32,000 nucleotides of DNA from Sedimentisphaera cyanobacteriorum. GTDB lineage: Bacteria; Planctomycetota; Phycisphaerae; Sedimentisphaerales; Sedimentisphaeraceae. The position numbers were made by a program, and so were the translations under genes. Under the pieces are notes generated by a model. It worked only from the letters and a program-made list of their open reading frames with translations. It was not told the origin of the DNA and did not search any database. The stretch lies in assembly GCF_001997385.1 (NCBI RefSeq), contig NZ_CP019633.1, forward strand, positions 1,860,001-1,892,000, read 5' to 3'. This document shows, one piece after another, positions 31,901 to 32,000 of this stretch; position 1 is the stretch's first letter; every line of letters starts with the position of its first letter.

Positions 31901-32000
31901 TCTCCCCGGTTTCTGCAATCAGAACCTGCGCCTCAGCTACGGGCGCGTCAAAATCTTTGTCCTCAACGTAACCTCTAATGCCGCCTGCCTGCTCCGCCGA
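28995..32000 (-). CDS. TonB-dependent outer-membrane receptor with N-terminal carboxypeptidase-regulatory-like domain (5'-truncated by the window edge)
   Basis: The frame stays open from the internal ATG at 31772 to base 32000. That stretch encodes GIRGYVEDKDFDAPVAEAQVLIAETGEKTKTAEEGNYVFSELKPGTYTLIFSKQGYT (CarboxypepD_reg-like). The plug domain follows (EEFVV..., LKLVSGTTVQDGKYAVVRGLPDRYVNSQMNGVRLP, IESIQVSKTFTPDQQGDASGGAVNV). A long beta-barrel ends in ...GIDLSVSLSARF, with the aromatic C-terminal residue. Confidence 0.9.
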   Translation of the reverse strand, partial: SAEQAGGIRGYVEDKDFDAPVAEAQVLIAETGEKTKTAEEGNYVFSELKPGTYTLIFSKQGYTRQVKTDVAVSPGRMSEVNVSLSGDFTEMEEFVVQDLSFGAGTELALLDLRMEAPALMDSVSSELMSQAGASDAASALKLVSGTTVQDGKYAVVRGLPDRYVNSQMNGVRLPTADADKRAVQLDQFPSAVIESIQVSKTFTPDQQGDASGGAVNVVLKGIPEETSFKFGIGYDYNSNVFNEDDFLSYDGGGLDSLGNRSISVPSIDSMDDTVGTATEDAPQEYSFSLSGGGKHAFAEDVKIGGFLSANYKRSASYKHDMIDDKYWVEEPGEGVTPRYNDKRGGGGGGPGTGRFETSLFDVKQASQQVQWSTLATLGLEIGTHKFNALYMYTKTAEDSATVSEDTRGRAGLHQFWPDAYGPEFDNYDPYDEHHPANDKEYQDHAAYQRHQTLEYTERTTETIQFSGDHKFEDLSWELTDWFSFKPVELDWVLSRNTAAMHQPDKRMFSARWTAPYYVPYQPPTFWPSPSPEVPAHTEPGRYEQLNPAANMNMGNFQRTWKDIIEESDQYSANIKLPFEQWTEDEGYFKFGIFNDDVTRDYQQNSFTNDSTFVDSDPGLSWDDYWSDYFDEPLKVSGVDIDFIADQQISAFYYMADVPLNSQFKLRGGARFESTELSSHITDAGPSAQVYIPQTGDISQSTDGAEFYSLARAEFEQDDTLPSFGFEYAPFEKIKVRGSYSETVARQTFKELVPITNQDYLGGDIFIGNKDLQMSALENYDLRFDYTPYEGGLVSATYFHKDITDPIEYVQGYANFTYTYPVNYPEGEIDGFEFEIRHELAEFFEDMEGVSVGANATFINSEVTLPDDEAAKLDTPNIQAPMKTRDMTNAPEYLYNLFLTWDFNESKTQFGLFYTVRGDTLVAGASQAVGNYLPNVYEKEYGTLNMSLKHKLNDTWSMNLKAKNLLDPEIESVYRSDYIDGDVTKTSYTKGIDLSVSLSARF

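Noticed and set aside
1-32000. Scan of both strands for CRISPR arrays, tRNA/rRNA/tmRNA/RNase P/SRP signatures, transposase or integrase genes, reverse transcriptases (retron/DGR) and known defence-system gene sets.
   Set aside because: I saw no regularly spaced direct repeats, no T-loop (GGTTCGAATCC-like) or other housekeeping RNA signatures, and no ORF with transposase, integrase, RT, nuclease or helicase motifs. This is eye-level screening only; Infernal/Rfam, tRNAscan and DefenseFinder/PADLOC runs would be needed to make it definitive.

Overview
This 32 kb window is bacterial and gene-dense, roughly high-40s % G+C by eye. It most likely comes from a member of the PVC superphylum (Planctomycetota/Phycisphaerae-like, or Lentisphaerota/Kiritimatiellota). 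The grounds are an H-X9-DG prepilin-like protein, several Cys-type sulfatases with twin-arginine leaders, and a LamG protein with a dockerin-like tail. All identifications rest on motif and architecture recognition by eye; no BLAST or HMM search was possible.

Layout:
- 1-7.3 kb: a polysaccharide-utilisation-like block with a LamG/dockerin-like protein, two sulfatases, a strong bidirectional terminator, a fucose/arabinose-isomerase-family gene and a divergent XylR-type regulator.
- 7.4-12.9 kb: a tiny PQ-loop-like membrane protein, a Tat-signal protein with an isomerase-like C-terminus, an H-X9-DG pseudopilin-like gene, lpxB and argG.
- 12.9-15.5 kb: a decayed accessory islet. It holds about 690 bp of non-coding repeats and hairpins, a G+C-rich orphan RHS C-terminal fragment broken by an in-frame TAG, and three small genes (DUF4177-like, TM2, membrane + zinc ribbon).
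- 15.5-19.9 kb: a GH43-like beta-propeller hydrolase, a 455 bp AT-rich leader containing palindromes, an orphan RACo-like [2Fe-2S]/ASKHA ATPase, a lipoprotein and a membrane protein.
- 19.9-23.0 kb: a tightly coupled minus-strand thyX-ygiQ-nudix unit. The conserved YgiQ N-terminal domain is encoded with no canonical start codon.
- 23.3-32.0 kb: a TonB-dependent receptor (5'-truncated at the window edge) followed by a six-gene TonB2-type energising module (DUF3450/TtpB-like, TtpC-like, ExbB, ExbD, TonB, TPR/TtpD-like).

I saw no rRNA, tRNA, CRISPR array, transposase or recognisable phage-defence system. The candidates most worth follow-up are the ygiQ start-codon anomaly and the thyX-ygiQ-nudix linkage, the RHS remnant with its downstream small membrane genes, the Tat-exported isomerase-like paralog coupled to a pseudopilin gene, the orphan RACo-like activase, and the TonB2-type module in a PVC-like background.
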